DNA of 64,000 nt from an uncultured Candidatus Rokubacteria bacterium. Lineage in GTDB: Bacteria > Methylomirabilota > Methylomirabilia > Rokubacteriales > DASRDR01. This document shows positions 39,291 to 49,407 of this stretch, piece after piece. The position numbers and the translations under genes are program-made. A model generated the notes under the pieces. That model had not been told where the DNA came from. It was given only the letters and a program-made list of their open reading frames with translations, and made no database searches. The stretch spans positions 96,001-160,000 of the forward strand of contig CAVPSB010000014.1 of the NCBI GenBank assembly GCA_963708025.1, given 5' to 3'. Numbering within the stretch: the first letter of the stretch is position 1; every line of letters begins with the position of its first letter.

Positions 39291-40934
39291 ATGGGGCACG
39301 AGACCTACGCGAACAAGTTCGGGCTGCGACCGGTGGCGCTGGGACGGCGCGGCATGGTGGCGACGGCGAATCCGCTGGCCACCCTGGCCGGCCTGCGGCT
39401 TTTGGCGCGCGGCGGCAACGCGGTGGACGCCATCGTGGCGGCGGCGGCGGCGATCGGCGTGGCCGAGCCCTACATGTCCGGCCTGGCCGGCTGCGGCGTC
39501 CTGCTGCTGAGCCGACCGGGCCGGACACCCCAGGCGCTGAACTTCCTGGGGCGCGCGCCGGAGGGCGGCACCCCCGAGAAGCTCTCGCAGGCCGCGCGGG
39601 ACAGCGGGCCGCTGTCGGTCGCCGTGCCCGGCAACCTGGCCGGCTGGGCGCGCCTGCTCGCCGACCACGGGACGGTCTCGCTCGCCGACGCCCTGGAGCC
39701 GGCCATCGAGCTGGCCGAGACGGGCTGCCCCCTGACCGTGTTCGACCGCCAGATGTTCGACGAGCACTACGAGCGGCTGAACGCCGAGGGCGCCCGTGTC
39801 TACCTCCAGGGCGGCCGGCCGCCCGCCGTCGGCGCGCCCATCGTCCAGCGCGACCTGGCGCAGACCTTCCGCCGCATCGGGCGCGACGGGATCGGCGCTT
39901 TCTACGACGGCGAGCTGGGCGAGGCCCTGGTCCGGGACCTGGCCGAACAGGGCGGCCTGATCACGCGCCGCGACCTGGCGGGCTACCCGGCGACCCTCCA
40001 GTGGACCGAGGCGCTCAGCACGACCTACCGGGGCGTCCAGGTCTTCGCCCCCCCGCCGCCGGCGAGCGCCCTCCAGATTCTCCAGACGCTGAACGGCATG
40101 AGCGGCTGGGAGCTGGGCCGGATGGAGCACCTTGGGCCGGACCACCTGGCGGTCATCGCCGAGGCGTGCCGGGCGGCGCGGATGGACACCGAGCGGTTCG
40201 TCGGCGATCCGGACTTCGTCGAGGTCCCGGTGGCGCGGCTGCTCGGCGCCGAGCGGACCGAGACCCTGCGGGCCGAGATGCGGCAGCGGCTCGGGTCGCC
40301 GGCGGGGACGCCGCTGGCGGCCGGGGCCGGCATCCGCGGCGGCTCGGCCGGGACGGCGTCCACGACCCACCTGGCCGCGTGCGACGCCAGCGGCCTGGCG
40401 GTCAACATCACCCACAGCCTGGGCGGCGGCTTCGGCAGCGGCGTCGTCGTGCGCGGGACCGGCATCGCGCTCAACAACGCGCTCCACTGGACCAGCTCCG
40501 ACCCCGCCCATCCCAACGTGGTCCGGCCGGGGAAGCGCCACGAGTGGCCGGTCGCGCCGCTCCACCTCTTCCGCGACGGCGCCTTCTGGGCGACGGTCGG
40601 GACCCCGGGCAGCTACGGGATCCTGGTCACCACCGTGCAGGTCGTGGCCAACATGCTCGACTTCGGCCTCAACGTCCAGGACGCCATCGGGGCGCCGCGG
40701 TTCCGCTGGGCCGACGAGGCGGTCGATGGGCTCCCGGCCCGGATGCTGCGCCTGGAGTCGCGGGTGCCGGAGGCGACGCGACGGGCCCTCGAGTCGCGGG
40801 GCTACGCGCTCGACCTGCTCGGCGCCTGGTCGATGCGGGTCGGCGGCGTCCAGGCGGTATTACAAGATAGGGCGAGCGGCTGGCTCATGGGCGGAGCCGA
40901 CCCCCGGCGCAACGGCTACGCGATGGGGTGGTAG
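39291..40934 (+). CDS. Gamma-glutamyltransferase family Ntn-hydrolase
   Basis: GGNAVDA, VAVPG, STTHL nucleophile, GFGSG, GADPRR; no signal peptide. Confidence 0.9.
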   Translation: MGHETYANKFGLRPVALGRRGMVATANPLATLAGLRLLARGGNAVDAIVAAAAAIGVAEPYMSGLAGCGVLLLSRPGRTPQALNFLGRAPEGGTPEKLSQAARDSGPLSVAVPGNLAGWARLLADHGTVSLADALEPAIELAETGCPLTVFDRQMFDEHYERLNAEGARVYLQGGRPPAVGAPIVQRDLAQTFRRIGRDGIGAFYDGELGEALVRDLAEQGGLITRRDLAGYPATLQWTEALSTTYRGVQVFAPPPPASALQILQTLNGMSGWELGRMEHLGPDHLAVIAEACRAARMDTERFVGDPDFVEVPVARLLGAERTETLRAEMRQRLGSPAGTPLAAGAGIRGGSAGTASTTHLAACDASGLAVNITHSLGGGFGSGVVVRGTGIALNNALHWTSSDPAHPNVVRPGKRHEWPVAPLHLFRDGAFWATVGTPGSYGILVTTVQVVANMLDFGLNVQDAIGAPRFRWADEAVDGLPARMLRLESRVPEATRRALESRGYALDLLGAWSMRVGGVQAVLQDRASGWLMGGADPRRNGYAMGW

Positions 40935-40964
40935 TCACCCCCTGACCGCGAAGGAGACGCCATC

Positions 40965-41891
40965 GTGCCAGCCAAGCGGACGGTCCTGCTCACCGGGGCC
41001 AGCGGCTACCTGGCCGCCCAGCTCCTGCCCGCCCTCCGGGACGCCTACGAGCTGCGGCTGGTGGACGTGCGGGAGGTCGATCGGGACGGGACGCCGGTGC
41101 CGGGCGTCACCGTGGCCGACCTGAGCGCCCTCGATCGGACCCGGTACCGGCAGCTCTTCGACGGCATCGACACGGTCGTCCACCTCGGCTACCGCCATCC
41201 CGGCCGTGAAGGGGCATGGGGCGCCGACGTGCCGGCGATCGACCGCTTCGACACCGAGCTCGGCAACGTCCAGATGGCCCAGAACGTCTACCGCTCCGCC
41301 TACGACGCCGGCGTGCGCCGGGTGGTGATGGCCAGCTCGAACCACGCCGCCGACTGGTACGAGCACGCGCTCGTCCACGTCAGGCTGCGCGAGGTGGTCT
41401 CGCCGGCCGACCTGCCGCTCTCCGACAACTTCTACGGGTGGGCCAAGGCCGGCTACGAGCTTCTCGGGTTCGTCTACGCCTGCGGGGGATTCGGGCGGAA
41501 GCTCGAGGTCGTCCTGCTCCGCATCGGGGCGCCCCGCGACGTGGCGGGGCGCCACTACGAGGGGGCGCTCCGCGAGCAGCACGCCGGGCCGGGCGGCTCC
41601 GGCCTGGCCAACTTCAAGCGCGACCTGGGCGCCTGGCTCAGTGAGCGCGACTGGCGCCAGCTCGTGCGCCGCGCCATCGACACCCCGCGGATCGAGAACG
41701 AGCACGGCGTGCCGTGGCTGGTCGTCTACGGGATCAGTGGCAACACCCGGGCTTTCTGGTCGCTGGAGAGCGCCCGGCGGGTCCTCGGCTACGCCCCCGA
41801 GGACGACAGCGAGGTGACCTACGCCGACGACATCCGCCGCCTCCTGACCGGCCCCGACCGCCAGGCCCCCGTCGGCCGCCTCGGCGCGTAG
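40965..41891 (+). CDS. NAD-dependent epimerase/dehydratase (uronate dehydrogenase-like)
   Basis: TGASGYLA, MASSNHA, YGWAK, LGYAPED. Confidence 0.85.
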   Translation: MPAKRTVLLTGASGYLAAQLLPALRDAYELRLVDVREVDRDGTPVPGVTVADLSALDRTRYRQLFDGIDTVVHLGYRHPGREGAWGADVPAIDRFDTELGNVQMAQNVYRSAYDAGVRRVVMASSNHAADWYEHALVHVRLREVVSPADLPLSDNFYGWAKAGYELLGFVYACGGFGRKLEVVLLRIGAPRDVAGRHYEGALREQHAGPGGSGLANFKRDLGAWLSERDWRQLVRRAIDTPRIENEHGVPWLVVYGISGNTRAFWSLESARRVLGYAPEDDSEVTYADDIRRLLTGPDRQAPVGRLGA

Positions 41892-41895
41892 CCCA

Positions 41896-42249
41896 TCAGG
41901 GCCAGCAGGAAGGGTAGGCCTTCGCTAGGCGGCTGAAGGTCTTCGGGTTTGGGAAGGCGGGGTCGCGGGCCTCCCGAAAGCGCAGGTCCCCTCGATTAGG
42001 CAAGCGGCCGAGGTCGAGCGACAGGGTTGCCAGCTTGTCGAGGAGCAGATCGTTCTCGTACGCCGGATTGAGCCGGTTAGGAGAGAAGCCGGCTTCGCGG
42101 ACGGCATCGCTCCAGCGCGCCCAATGGACGCCAAGCCAGTCAGCCTCCCTGATGCCTGTCTCCGCGAGGAAGCGGCGCCAGCCGAACGGCTTGCCACCAT
42201 TCGCCTCTGCCGTCCTCCGGATCTCACGGAGGGCGAGGTTCCTTTCCAT
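41896..42249 (-). pseudogene. N-terminal half of a GIY-YIG/T5orf172-type nuclease, truncated
   Basis: EIRRTAEANGG..ETGIREADW..WARWSDAVREAG matches, from recall, the N-terminus of that family; no nuclease domain precedes the stop. Confidence 0.6.
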
Positions 42250-42269
42250 GTCAGTCGTATCGCCGGTGC

Positions 42270-42330
42270 TGCCAACCTCCGCGGTTAGCGGCGGGCCGCC
42301 GGGCGGCTCGTCCGCTGAACCGAGTCAGAC
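42270..42330 (-). mobile_element. Degenerate integron attC-like site
   Basis: GTCTGAC-TC-GGTTCAGC-GGACG...CGCC-GCTAACC-GCGGAG-GTTGGCA; L boxes pair leaving the extra C and extra A. Confidence 0.6.
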
Positions 42331-42614
42331 CTCCTCGTGCGGCCATTGCGCTGTCGCAATTCCTCCTCGATGCGCTCGGCCAGGAAGACCTTGAGTAGCG
42401 ACTGGTAGGGAATGTCTCGCTTGTTCGCGAGGAGCTTCAACTCCTCGAGCATCAGTTCAGGAAGCCGAAGCGAGATCGTCTTGAGCGAAGGGCGCAGATC
42501 GGGGAGCACGGTTTTCTGCGCTCGGCTCCAATCGATGTACCTGGTCGAGTCAGCGGTTGCCCAGAACTTGCGCTCCTCCGACTCGGACTTGAAGTGCGGG
42601 ACCTTCTTCCTCAT
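42285..42614 (-). CDS. brnA: BrnA/CopG-type antitoxin
   Basis: FKSESEERKFW..DST, TISLRLP, DIPYQSLLK. Confidence 0.88.
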   Translation of the reverse strand: MRKKVPHFKSESEERKFWATADSTRYIDWSRAQKTVLPDLRPSLKTISLRLPELMLEELKLLANKRDIPYQSLLKVFLAERIEEELRQRNGRTRRSDSVQRTSRPAARR

Positions 42615-42916
42615 TTCGCTTGGTACTCCAGCTTCTCGCGGCGGTTCATCTCCCTTGCCGAGATCACCCGAATGAGAGTGCCGCGCACGGTGAACACCAC
42701 GAACAGTCGCCTGCCAGAGTCCGTCTGACCCAGGGCGTAGAAACGAAACTCTTGGCCGGAGTGCCTCTCGTCCTCGCCCGCGACCAGCGGTTGGTTGAAG
42801 AAGACCTGCTCACATTCGGATGCCGAGACCCGGTGCTTCTCCCAGTTCTTGAGGATGTTGCCTTCATCCCACTCGAACCCGGTGCACCCGGCCAGATCTG
42901 GTTCGCTCGCCACCAC
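42611..42916 (-). CDS. brnT: BrnT family toxin
   Basis: FEWDEGNILKNWEKH, LFVVFT, IRVISAR. Confidence 0.9.
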   Translation of the reverse strand: MVASEPDLAGCTGFEWDEGNILKNWEKHRVSASECEQVFFNQPLVAGEDERHSGQEFRFYALGQTDSGRRLFVVFTVRGTLIRVISAREMNRREKLEYQAK

Positions 42917-42947
42917 TCATGTATATGCCACAGATATACGTACCGGG

Positions 42948-43076
42948 TCAACGGGCTCGGCCATCCTTGTAGGTCAACGCTCGAGCCTCGACCTGGAGCC
43001 GGGTCCGGGGCGTCCCCGCGGCGACGACCTCATATGCCTGCACCGGCTCGGGCTTGCCCTTCCGGGTCAGTTGTAA
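42948..43076 (-). pseudogene. Fragment resembling the class III cyclase-AAA ATPase junction
   Basis: Translates LQLTRKGKPEPVQAYEVVAAGTPRTRLQVEARALTYKDGR; no start codon. Confidence 0.5.
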
Positions 43077-43091
43077 GTCAGTGGGCCCGCC

Positions 43092-43854
43092 TTAGATGCA
43101 GCGGCCGCCGTCGACCTCGACGCAGGTGCCGGTCATCATGGCCGCGTCGTCGGAGGCCAGGAACAGCGCCGCCTTTGCCAGGTCCTCCGGCGTGTTGAGC
43201 CGGCCGAGGGGAATCGTCGCGATGTAGCGGGCGCGGCTCTCGTCGTCCACCGCCGGCTTGCCCATGAAGGTCGGGAGCATCGGCGTCTCGGTGGCGACGG
43301 GGGCGATCGCGACGACGCGGATGCCGAACGGCGCCAGCTCGAGGGCCAGGCTCTTCACCATCGAGACCACGGCGCCCTTGGACGCCGAGTAGCACTGGAC
43401 GCCGGGCCGGGGGCGGATGGCCGAGGTGGACGCGGTGACCAGGATCACCCCGGCCTTCTGGCGCTTCAGCACCGGCGCGACGGCCTTCACGCCGAGGAAC
43501 ACGCCCTTGACGTTGACCGCCATGATGCGGTCGAAGGTCGCCTCGTCCACGTCCTCGACCTTCGTCGGGTCCCTGGGGAACCCCGGCGTTGGCGAAGAAG
43601 ACGTCGAGCCGCCCCCAGCGGGCAAGCGTCTGGCTCACCGCCGCCTCGTTGTCGGACGCCCGGCTCACGTCGGCGCGGATGGCCAGGGCCTGGCCGCCGG
43701 CCTCCTCGATCGCCTGGGCGGTCGCCTTGGCCGCGTCCTCCCGCACGTCCACCACGGCCACCCGCGCGCCCTCCCGGGCGAAGAGGAGCGCCGAGGCCCG
43801 CCCGATCCCCGACCCGGCCCCCGTGATCAGCGCCACCCGGCTCTCGAGCCGCAT
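43092..43854 (-). CDS. SDR family oxidoreductase, frameshift near 43575
   Basis: TGAGSGIG, ANAG, YSASK, EVDGGR. Confidence 0.88.
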
Positions 43855-43925
43855 CGCGTACCCCCTTTGACTTTCCGGAGTGAGTCCGTCACCCTTATGC
43901 GGTTGGCCAATACCAGGAGGATGCC

Positions 43926-45582
43926 ATGAAAGGTGCCGCCGCGGTCGCCGAGATCCTCAAGCGCGAAGGGGTCGAGTTCCTCATCGGCTACCCCGTCAAC
44001 CCGATCATCGAAGCCGCCGCCGAGGCCGACATCCGGACGATCATCGTCCGCCAGGAGCGGACCGGCCTCCACATGGCCGACGCGGTCAGCCGGCTGTCCT
44101 CGGGCCAGCGGATCGGTGTCTTCGCCATGCAGCACGGGCCCGGCGTCCGAGAACGCCTTCGGCGGCGTGGCCCAGGCCTACGGCGAGTCGGTGCCGATCG
44201 TCGTCCTGCCGGCCGGCTATCCCGCGCCGGCTCACCAACATCCCGCCGAACTTCAACTCGTTCCTCAACTACCGCCACATCACCAAGTGGTGCGAGCAGG
44301 TCACGCTGCGCCGACGCCATCCCGGACGCCATGCGGCGGGCCTTCACCCAGGTGCGAGAACGGCCGGCCCCGGCCCGGTGCTGGTCGAGATCCCGGCCGA
44401 CGTCTTCGACCGAGGAGGTGCCGGAGCCGCTGACCTACCGGCCGACCTTTGCGGACCCGCTCGGGCCCGGACCCGCAGGCGGTCGCCGAGGTGGCGCCGG
44501 GTCCTGGTGGAGGCCAAGCGCCCGGTCATCTACGCCGGGCAGGGCGTCCACTACGCCCGGGCCTGGCAGCCCCTCCGCGAGCTGGCCGAACTGCTGGAGG
44601 CCCCGGTCACCACGAGCCTCCAGGGGAAGAGCGCCTTCCCCGAGGACCACCCGCTGTCGCTCGGGTCCGGCGGCCGCTCGATGCCCAAGGCCGGTCCACC
44701 ACTTCCTGCAGAACGCGGACGTGATCTTCGGCATCGGCTGCAGCTTCGCCACCACCAACTTCGGCGTGCCCATGCCGAAGGGCAAGGTCATCGTCCACGC
44801 CACGCTGGATCCCGCCGACCTCAACAAGGACGTCCCCGCCGAGCACGCCCTGATCGGGGACGCCGGCGCTCACGCTGGAGGCGCTGATCGCCGAGGTCCG
44901 GGATCGGCTGCACGGGCGGCCCCGGGGCGGGCAGCCGGGGTGGCGCCAGGCAGATCAAGAGCCGTGAAGGCCGAGTGGCTGGCCGAGTGGATGCCGAAGC
45001 TCACCTCGGACGAGGTGCCCGCTCTCGCCCTACCGGGTGATCTGGGACCTGCTGCACACGGTGGACGTCGGCCGAACACGATCATCACCCACGACGCCGG
45101 CAGCCCCCGCGACCAGCTCTCGCCGTTCTGGGAGCGCGGTGGCCCCGCTCACCTACATCGGCTGGGGCAAGACCACGCAGCTCGGCTACGGGCTCGGCCT
45201 GGCGATGGGGGCCAAGCTGGCCGCAGCCGGAGAAGCTCTGCATCAACGTCTGGGGCGATGCGGCCATCGGCTTCACCGGCATGGACTTCGAGACCGCGGT
45301 GCGCGAGCGCATCCCCATCCTGTCGGTCCTGCTCAACAACTTCTCGATGGCCATCGAGCTGCCGATCATGAAGGTGGCGACCGCAGAAGTACCGCAGCAC
45401 CGACATCTCCGGGAACTACGCCGACATGGCCCGGGCCTTCGGCGGCTACGGCGAGCGGGTGACCCAGCCGCGGCGAGATCATCCCGGCCATCCAGCGCGG
45501 CATCCGGAAGACGCAGGAGGGGACGCCGGCGCTGCTGGAGTTCATCACCGCCAAGGAGATCAGCTTCTCGATCTTCAAGTAG
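43926..45582 (+). CDS. Thiamine-diphosphate-dependent enzyme (acetolactate synthase-like), heavily frameshifted
   Basis: RQERTGLHMADA, PVIYAGQG, WGDAAIG...LNN ThDP motif pieced across more than ten frame changes. Confidence 0.8.
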
Positions 45583-45588
45583 CCGGGC

Positions 45589-46341
45589 ATGGCCCGGGGC
45601 TACGAGATCACGCCGCGCGACGGGCTGATCGAGATCCGGCTGGCCTGCGGCAAGGCCAACGCCCTGAACCCCCGGAGCCTCGACGCGCTGGCCGAGGCCT
45701 TCGGGGAGGCGGGGCGCGCGGACCCGGCCGGCGTCGTCCTCACCGGCTACGACGGGTTCTTCTCGGCCGGGCTGGACCTGGTCCTCCTGTACGGGCTGGA
45801 CCCGGCTGCCATGGACGCCTTCATGCAGGCCTTCGATCGCGTCATGCTCGAGGTGTTCGCGTTCCCCCGGCCGGTGGTGGCGGCGGTGAACGGCCACGCC
45901 GTCGCCGGCGGCTGCATCCTGGCTCTCGCCTGCGACGCCCGGGTGGCGGTGGACGGGCCGATCAAGATCGGGCTCAACGAGATCCGGCTCGGCGTGCCGT
46001 TCCCGTCCTCGGCGCTCGAGATCGCGCGCCATGGCCTTGCGGCCCGATCACTCGAGGAGGTGCTCTACGGCGGCGAGCTGTACTCTCCGGCGGAGGCGCA
46101 GTCGCGGGGCCTGGTCGATCGCGTGACCGGCGACGCGCTGGCCGAGGCCCGCGCGCTCTGCGCCCGGCTCGCCGGTCAGCCCCGCGGCGCCTTCGCCGCG
46201 ATCAAGGCCGCCCTGAAGGCGCCGGCTCTCGCCCGGGCCCGCGAGTCGCTCGACGACCTCCGCCGGGCGTTCGTCGAGGCCTGGTACGCGCCCGACGGCC
46301 GCGAGCGGATCGGCGCGGCGCGGGCGACCCTCCTCCGCTGA
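45589..46341 (+). CDS. Enoyl-CoA hydratase/isomerase family protein
   Basis: FSAGLDL, AAVNGHAVAGG, GLNEIRLG. Confidence 0.9.
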   Translation: MARGYEITPRDGLIEIRLACGKANALNPRSLDALAEAFGEAGRADPAGVVLTGYDGFFSAGLDLVLLYGLDPAAMDAFMQAFDRVMLEVFAFPRPVVAAVNGHAVAGGCILALACDARVAVDGPIKIGLNEIRLGVPFPSSALEIARHGLAARSLEEVLYGGELYSPAEAQSRGLVDRVTGDALAEARALCARLAGQPRGAFAAIKAALKAPALARARESLDDLRRAFVEAWYAPDGRERIGAARATLLR

Positions 46342-46354
46342 CGGCCGGCATCGC

Positions 46355-47443
46355 TCACGGGGTCCGGGCCCGCAGGCGGTCGATGCCCTGCCGCGCCGTC
46401 TCGTCCTTCCGGTCGGAGGCCTCCCAGCCGCGCTCGTAGGCCTGAAGAGCCTTGTCGGGCTGCCGGTCGCTCTCGTACACGTAGCCCAGCTCCACCAGGC
46501 TCGCGACGTGCCCCGGCTTCAGCCGGACGGCCTCCTCGATGGCGGCCGCCGCCGGCGCCCATTCGCCGGAGCGTGAGCGGGCCAGCCCCAGGTTGAACCA
46601 GGCGGCGGCGGAGTCGGCGTGGGCGCGGGCGTATCGATCGAGCAGCGGGGCGGCCTTCGCGAACTGCTTGTCGGCGAGGTAAGCCTGCCCGAGGAGACCC
46701 CAGGTGGCCTCGTCGTCGCGGACGGGCGCGAGCCGCTCCCCGACCGCGATGGCCTCCTGGATCGTCGCGGGGTCCTCCCGCGCCTGCTGCAGGTACACGT
46801 CGCCCAGCAAGAGGAGCGAGTCGGCGTCCCGGGGCGCGATGGCCAGGGCCTGCTTCAGTGCCGCTATCGCCTCCGGGGCGCGGCCGAGCCTCCGGTAGGC
46901 GTAGCCCAGGTAGTAGTGGTTGTTGGCGTTGCTCGGCATGCCGGTCGTCGCCGCGGAGAGGACGGGGACGGCGTCGGCGAAGCGGTCCGTGAAGATGTAG
47001 GCGCGACCCAGCGCCGACTGGCTGGCCGGCTCCACCGGTCCGCCGCTCTTCTGGGTGAGCGCGATGTAGCGGCTGAGGGGCGGGATCGCGTCCGCGTATT
47101 GCTGGAGCTTGTAGTGGGCGAACCCGATGAAGTACTCGCCGGTGGCCTGGTCCCGCGCGTTGTCCCCGGCGCCGGCCAGGTAGCGCCGGAAGGCGTCGAT
47201 CGTCTCGGGATAGCGGTCGAGCTGGAACTGGCTGGCCCCGACGTAGTACCAGGCCTGCCAGTACTCCGGCCGGGCCTTCGCGACGGCCTGGAAGGCGGCG
47301 ATCGCCTCCGGGTACTGCTTCTGCTCGTAGAGGGCGCGGGCCCGGTCCCAGTCCTGGGCGGCCGCGGCCGAGGCCAGCCAGAGCAGCGCGAGCGCGACGG
47401 CGGCCGCCCGCAGCGCTCGCCGTCCTCGGCAGACCCGCGTCAC
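46355..47443 (-). CDS. Exported TPR-repeat protein
   Basis: Signal peptide ending AAAQ; repeated TPR-like units (AWYYVG, NHYYLG, AWFNLG). Confidence 0.85.
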   Translation of the reverse strand: MTRVCRGRRALRAAAVALALLWLASAAAAQDWDRARALYEQKQYPEAIAAFQAVAKARPEYWQAWYYVGASQFQLDRYPETIDAFRRYLAGAGDNARDQATGEYFIGFAHYKLQQYADAIPPLSRYIALTQKSGGPVEPASQSALGRAYIFTDRFADAVPVLSAATTGMPSNANNHYYLGYAYRRLGRAPEAIAALKQALAIAPRDADSLLLLGDVYLQQAREDPATIQEAIAVGERLAPVRDDEATWGLLGQAYLADKQFAKAAPLLDRYARAHADSAAAWFNLGLARSRSGEWAPAAAAIEEAVRLKPGHVASLVELGYVYESDRQPDKALQAYERGWEASDRKDETARQGIDRLRARTP

Positions 47444-48561
47444 GCCCGCGTCAGCTCGTCGCGCAGCCGTCGGGCCACGATCGAGGCCTCGTCGCCGCGC
47501 AGGCAATGGGGGTCCACGAGCAGGTCCCCCTGGAAGATGCGGACCATGATCGGGGGCTCGCCCGCCCGGAGCGCGTCCATCACCGCGGCCGGCGTCAGCC
47601 CGGTCGCGCCCGTGTCGAGGCTCACCAGCACGGTCGGCGCCGACCAGACCGTCCGGTCGTCCTCGATCCGCGCGGTGACGCCGGGCAGCCCGGCCACGGC
47701 GCCCGCGATCCGCCGCGCCTCGCCCAGGTGCCGGTCCCACTCGGCCCGGTGGTCGTCCAGGAGGAACAGCTCGAGCGCGGCCACCAGGCCGACGATGGCC
47801 TCCTTGCTGACCTTGCACGGCCGGCCGATCGCCGAGTTCGGCGCCGCGTTGGCCGCCGCCGCCCGGATCAGCTCGGCCCGCCCGAGGAGGAGCCCGGTGT
47901 TCTGCGGCCCGCGGATCCCCTTGCCCCCGCTCAGGATGACCAGGTCGGCGCCCTCCTGCGTCCACCGCGTGAGGTGGGCCGTCGGGGGCAGCGTCGAGGC
48001 CGCGTCGACCACCAGCGGCAGGCCGTGGGCGTGGGCGAGCGCGGCCATCCGGGCGGCGGGCACGCCCTGCTCGGCGAGGCGCGGCGAGACGATGAAGACC
48101 AGCGCGGCCGTCCGGTCGCCGATCGCCGCCTCGACCTCGCGCTCGGAGCACCGCTCGGCGTCGCCGACCTCGACCAGCCGGGCCCCCGCGGTCCGCAGCG
48201 CCTGGTCGTAGTGGATGCGCCCGCAGCGCTGGAGGACCAGCTCGTTCCGCATGCCGGCGGTGTCGGGCAGCCGGGCGATGCGCTCGGGGTCCGTCCCCGC
48301 GATGCAGGCGGCCGCCGCCAGCAACAGGCCGCCGGCCGAGCCCGAGGTGACGTGGGCGCCCTCGACGCCGACGAGCCGCGCGATGTGCTCGCCGGCCCGG
48401 GCGTTCAGCTCGGTCATGTCGACGAAGGCGGTCGCCGCCTCGGCCATCGCCTCCAGCACCGGCTTGGGCATCAGGGAGCCGCTGGCCATGGTGTTCATGC
48501 CCCGGGCGTTGACGATCGGCCGGACGCCCAGCCGGCGGTACACCTCGACGGGTTCGTGCAT
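47440..48561 (-). CDS. SelA-like PLP enzyme (DgaE-like)
   Basis: LGVRPIVNARG, VVDAAS, SGGKGIRGPQ, IGRPCKV; short form lacking the SelA N-terminal tRNA-binding domain. Confidence 0.85.
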   Translation of the reverse strand: MHEPVEVYRRLGVRPIVNARGMNTMASGSLMPKPVLEAMAEAATAFVDMTELNARAGEHIARLVGVEGAHVTSGSAGGLLLAAAACIAGTDPERIARLPDTAGMRNELVLQRCGRIHYDQALRTAGARLVEVGDAERCSEREVEAAIGDRTAALVFIVSPRLAEQGVPAARMAALAHAHGLPLVVDAASTLPPTAHLTRWTQEGADLVILSGGKGIRGPQNTGLLLGRAELIRAAAANAAPNSAIGRPCKVSKEAIVGLVAALELFLLDDHRAEWDRHLGEARRIAGAVAGLPGVTARIEDDRTVWSAPTVLVSLDTGATGLTPAAVMDALRAGEPPIMVRIFQGDLLVDPHCLRGDEASIVARRLRDELTRA

Positions 48562-48632
48562 CGCGGGAGATTCCTCCTCGCGGTAGACTCTACCACGGGC
48601 TCGACACCACCAACCAGGCGAGGAGGGCATCC

Positions 48633-49401
48633 ATGCGCGGCCAGCCGGATCAAGGAGAAGCTACGGGCCGGGCGCCCGGTCTTCACGACCGGGCTCCGGT
48701 TCCACTCGCCACGGCTGGTCGAGATGCTGGCCCGGAGCGGCGTCGATCAGATCTTCCTGGACGCCGAGCACGGGCCGCTGTCCGAGGGCGAGTGCGAGGA
48801 GATGGTCCGGGCGGCCGACCTCTGCGACGTGCCGGTGATGATCCGGGTGCCGGCCAACGCGCCCCACGTGATCCTGCGCTACCTCGACATCGGGACCTCG
48901 ACGATCCTGGTGCCCCACGTGACGACACGGGCCGACGCCGAGCGGGCGGTGCGGGCGGTGAAGTATCCGCCGGAGGGGGCGCGGAGCTTCGCGCCCGGGC
49001 GGGGCGGGGAGCCGCTCGGGCTGGGGCCCGCCGAGTACGTCCGCCGGGCCAACGAGGAGACGGCGGTCATCGCCCTGTTCGAGGACGTCGCCGGCCTGGA
49101 CGAGGTCGAGGCGATCTGCCGGGTCCCCGGGATCGACGGCCTGAGCGTCGGCGCCTACGACCTGGCCGCCTCGATGGGGTACCCGGGGCAGCCCTGGCGC
49201 GACGAGGTCCAGGCCGTCGTGGAGCGCGTGCTCCAGACCTGCCGTGCCAGCCGGATGCCGTTCGGCACGGTGCCGCGCGACCGCGCCGACCTCCGCCGCC
49301 AGCTCGAGCGGGGCTGCCAGCTCATCGGCGTCGCCCCGCTCGAGTGGGGGATCCAGCTCGCGCGTGAAACGGTGGAGGAGCTGAGGAAGCTCTCCTCCTG
49401 A
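48633..49401 (+). CDS. HpcH/HpaI aldolase, frameshift near 48639
   Basis: GGAGG RBS; DAEHG, RVP, KYPPEGARS, VGAYDLAASMG. Confidence 0.85.
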
Positions 49402-49407
49402 CCCGCC

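Noticed and set aside
47440-48561. selA
   Set aside because: Too short, lacks the N-terminal domain, and no selB, selC or selD is nearby.
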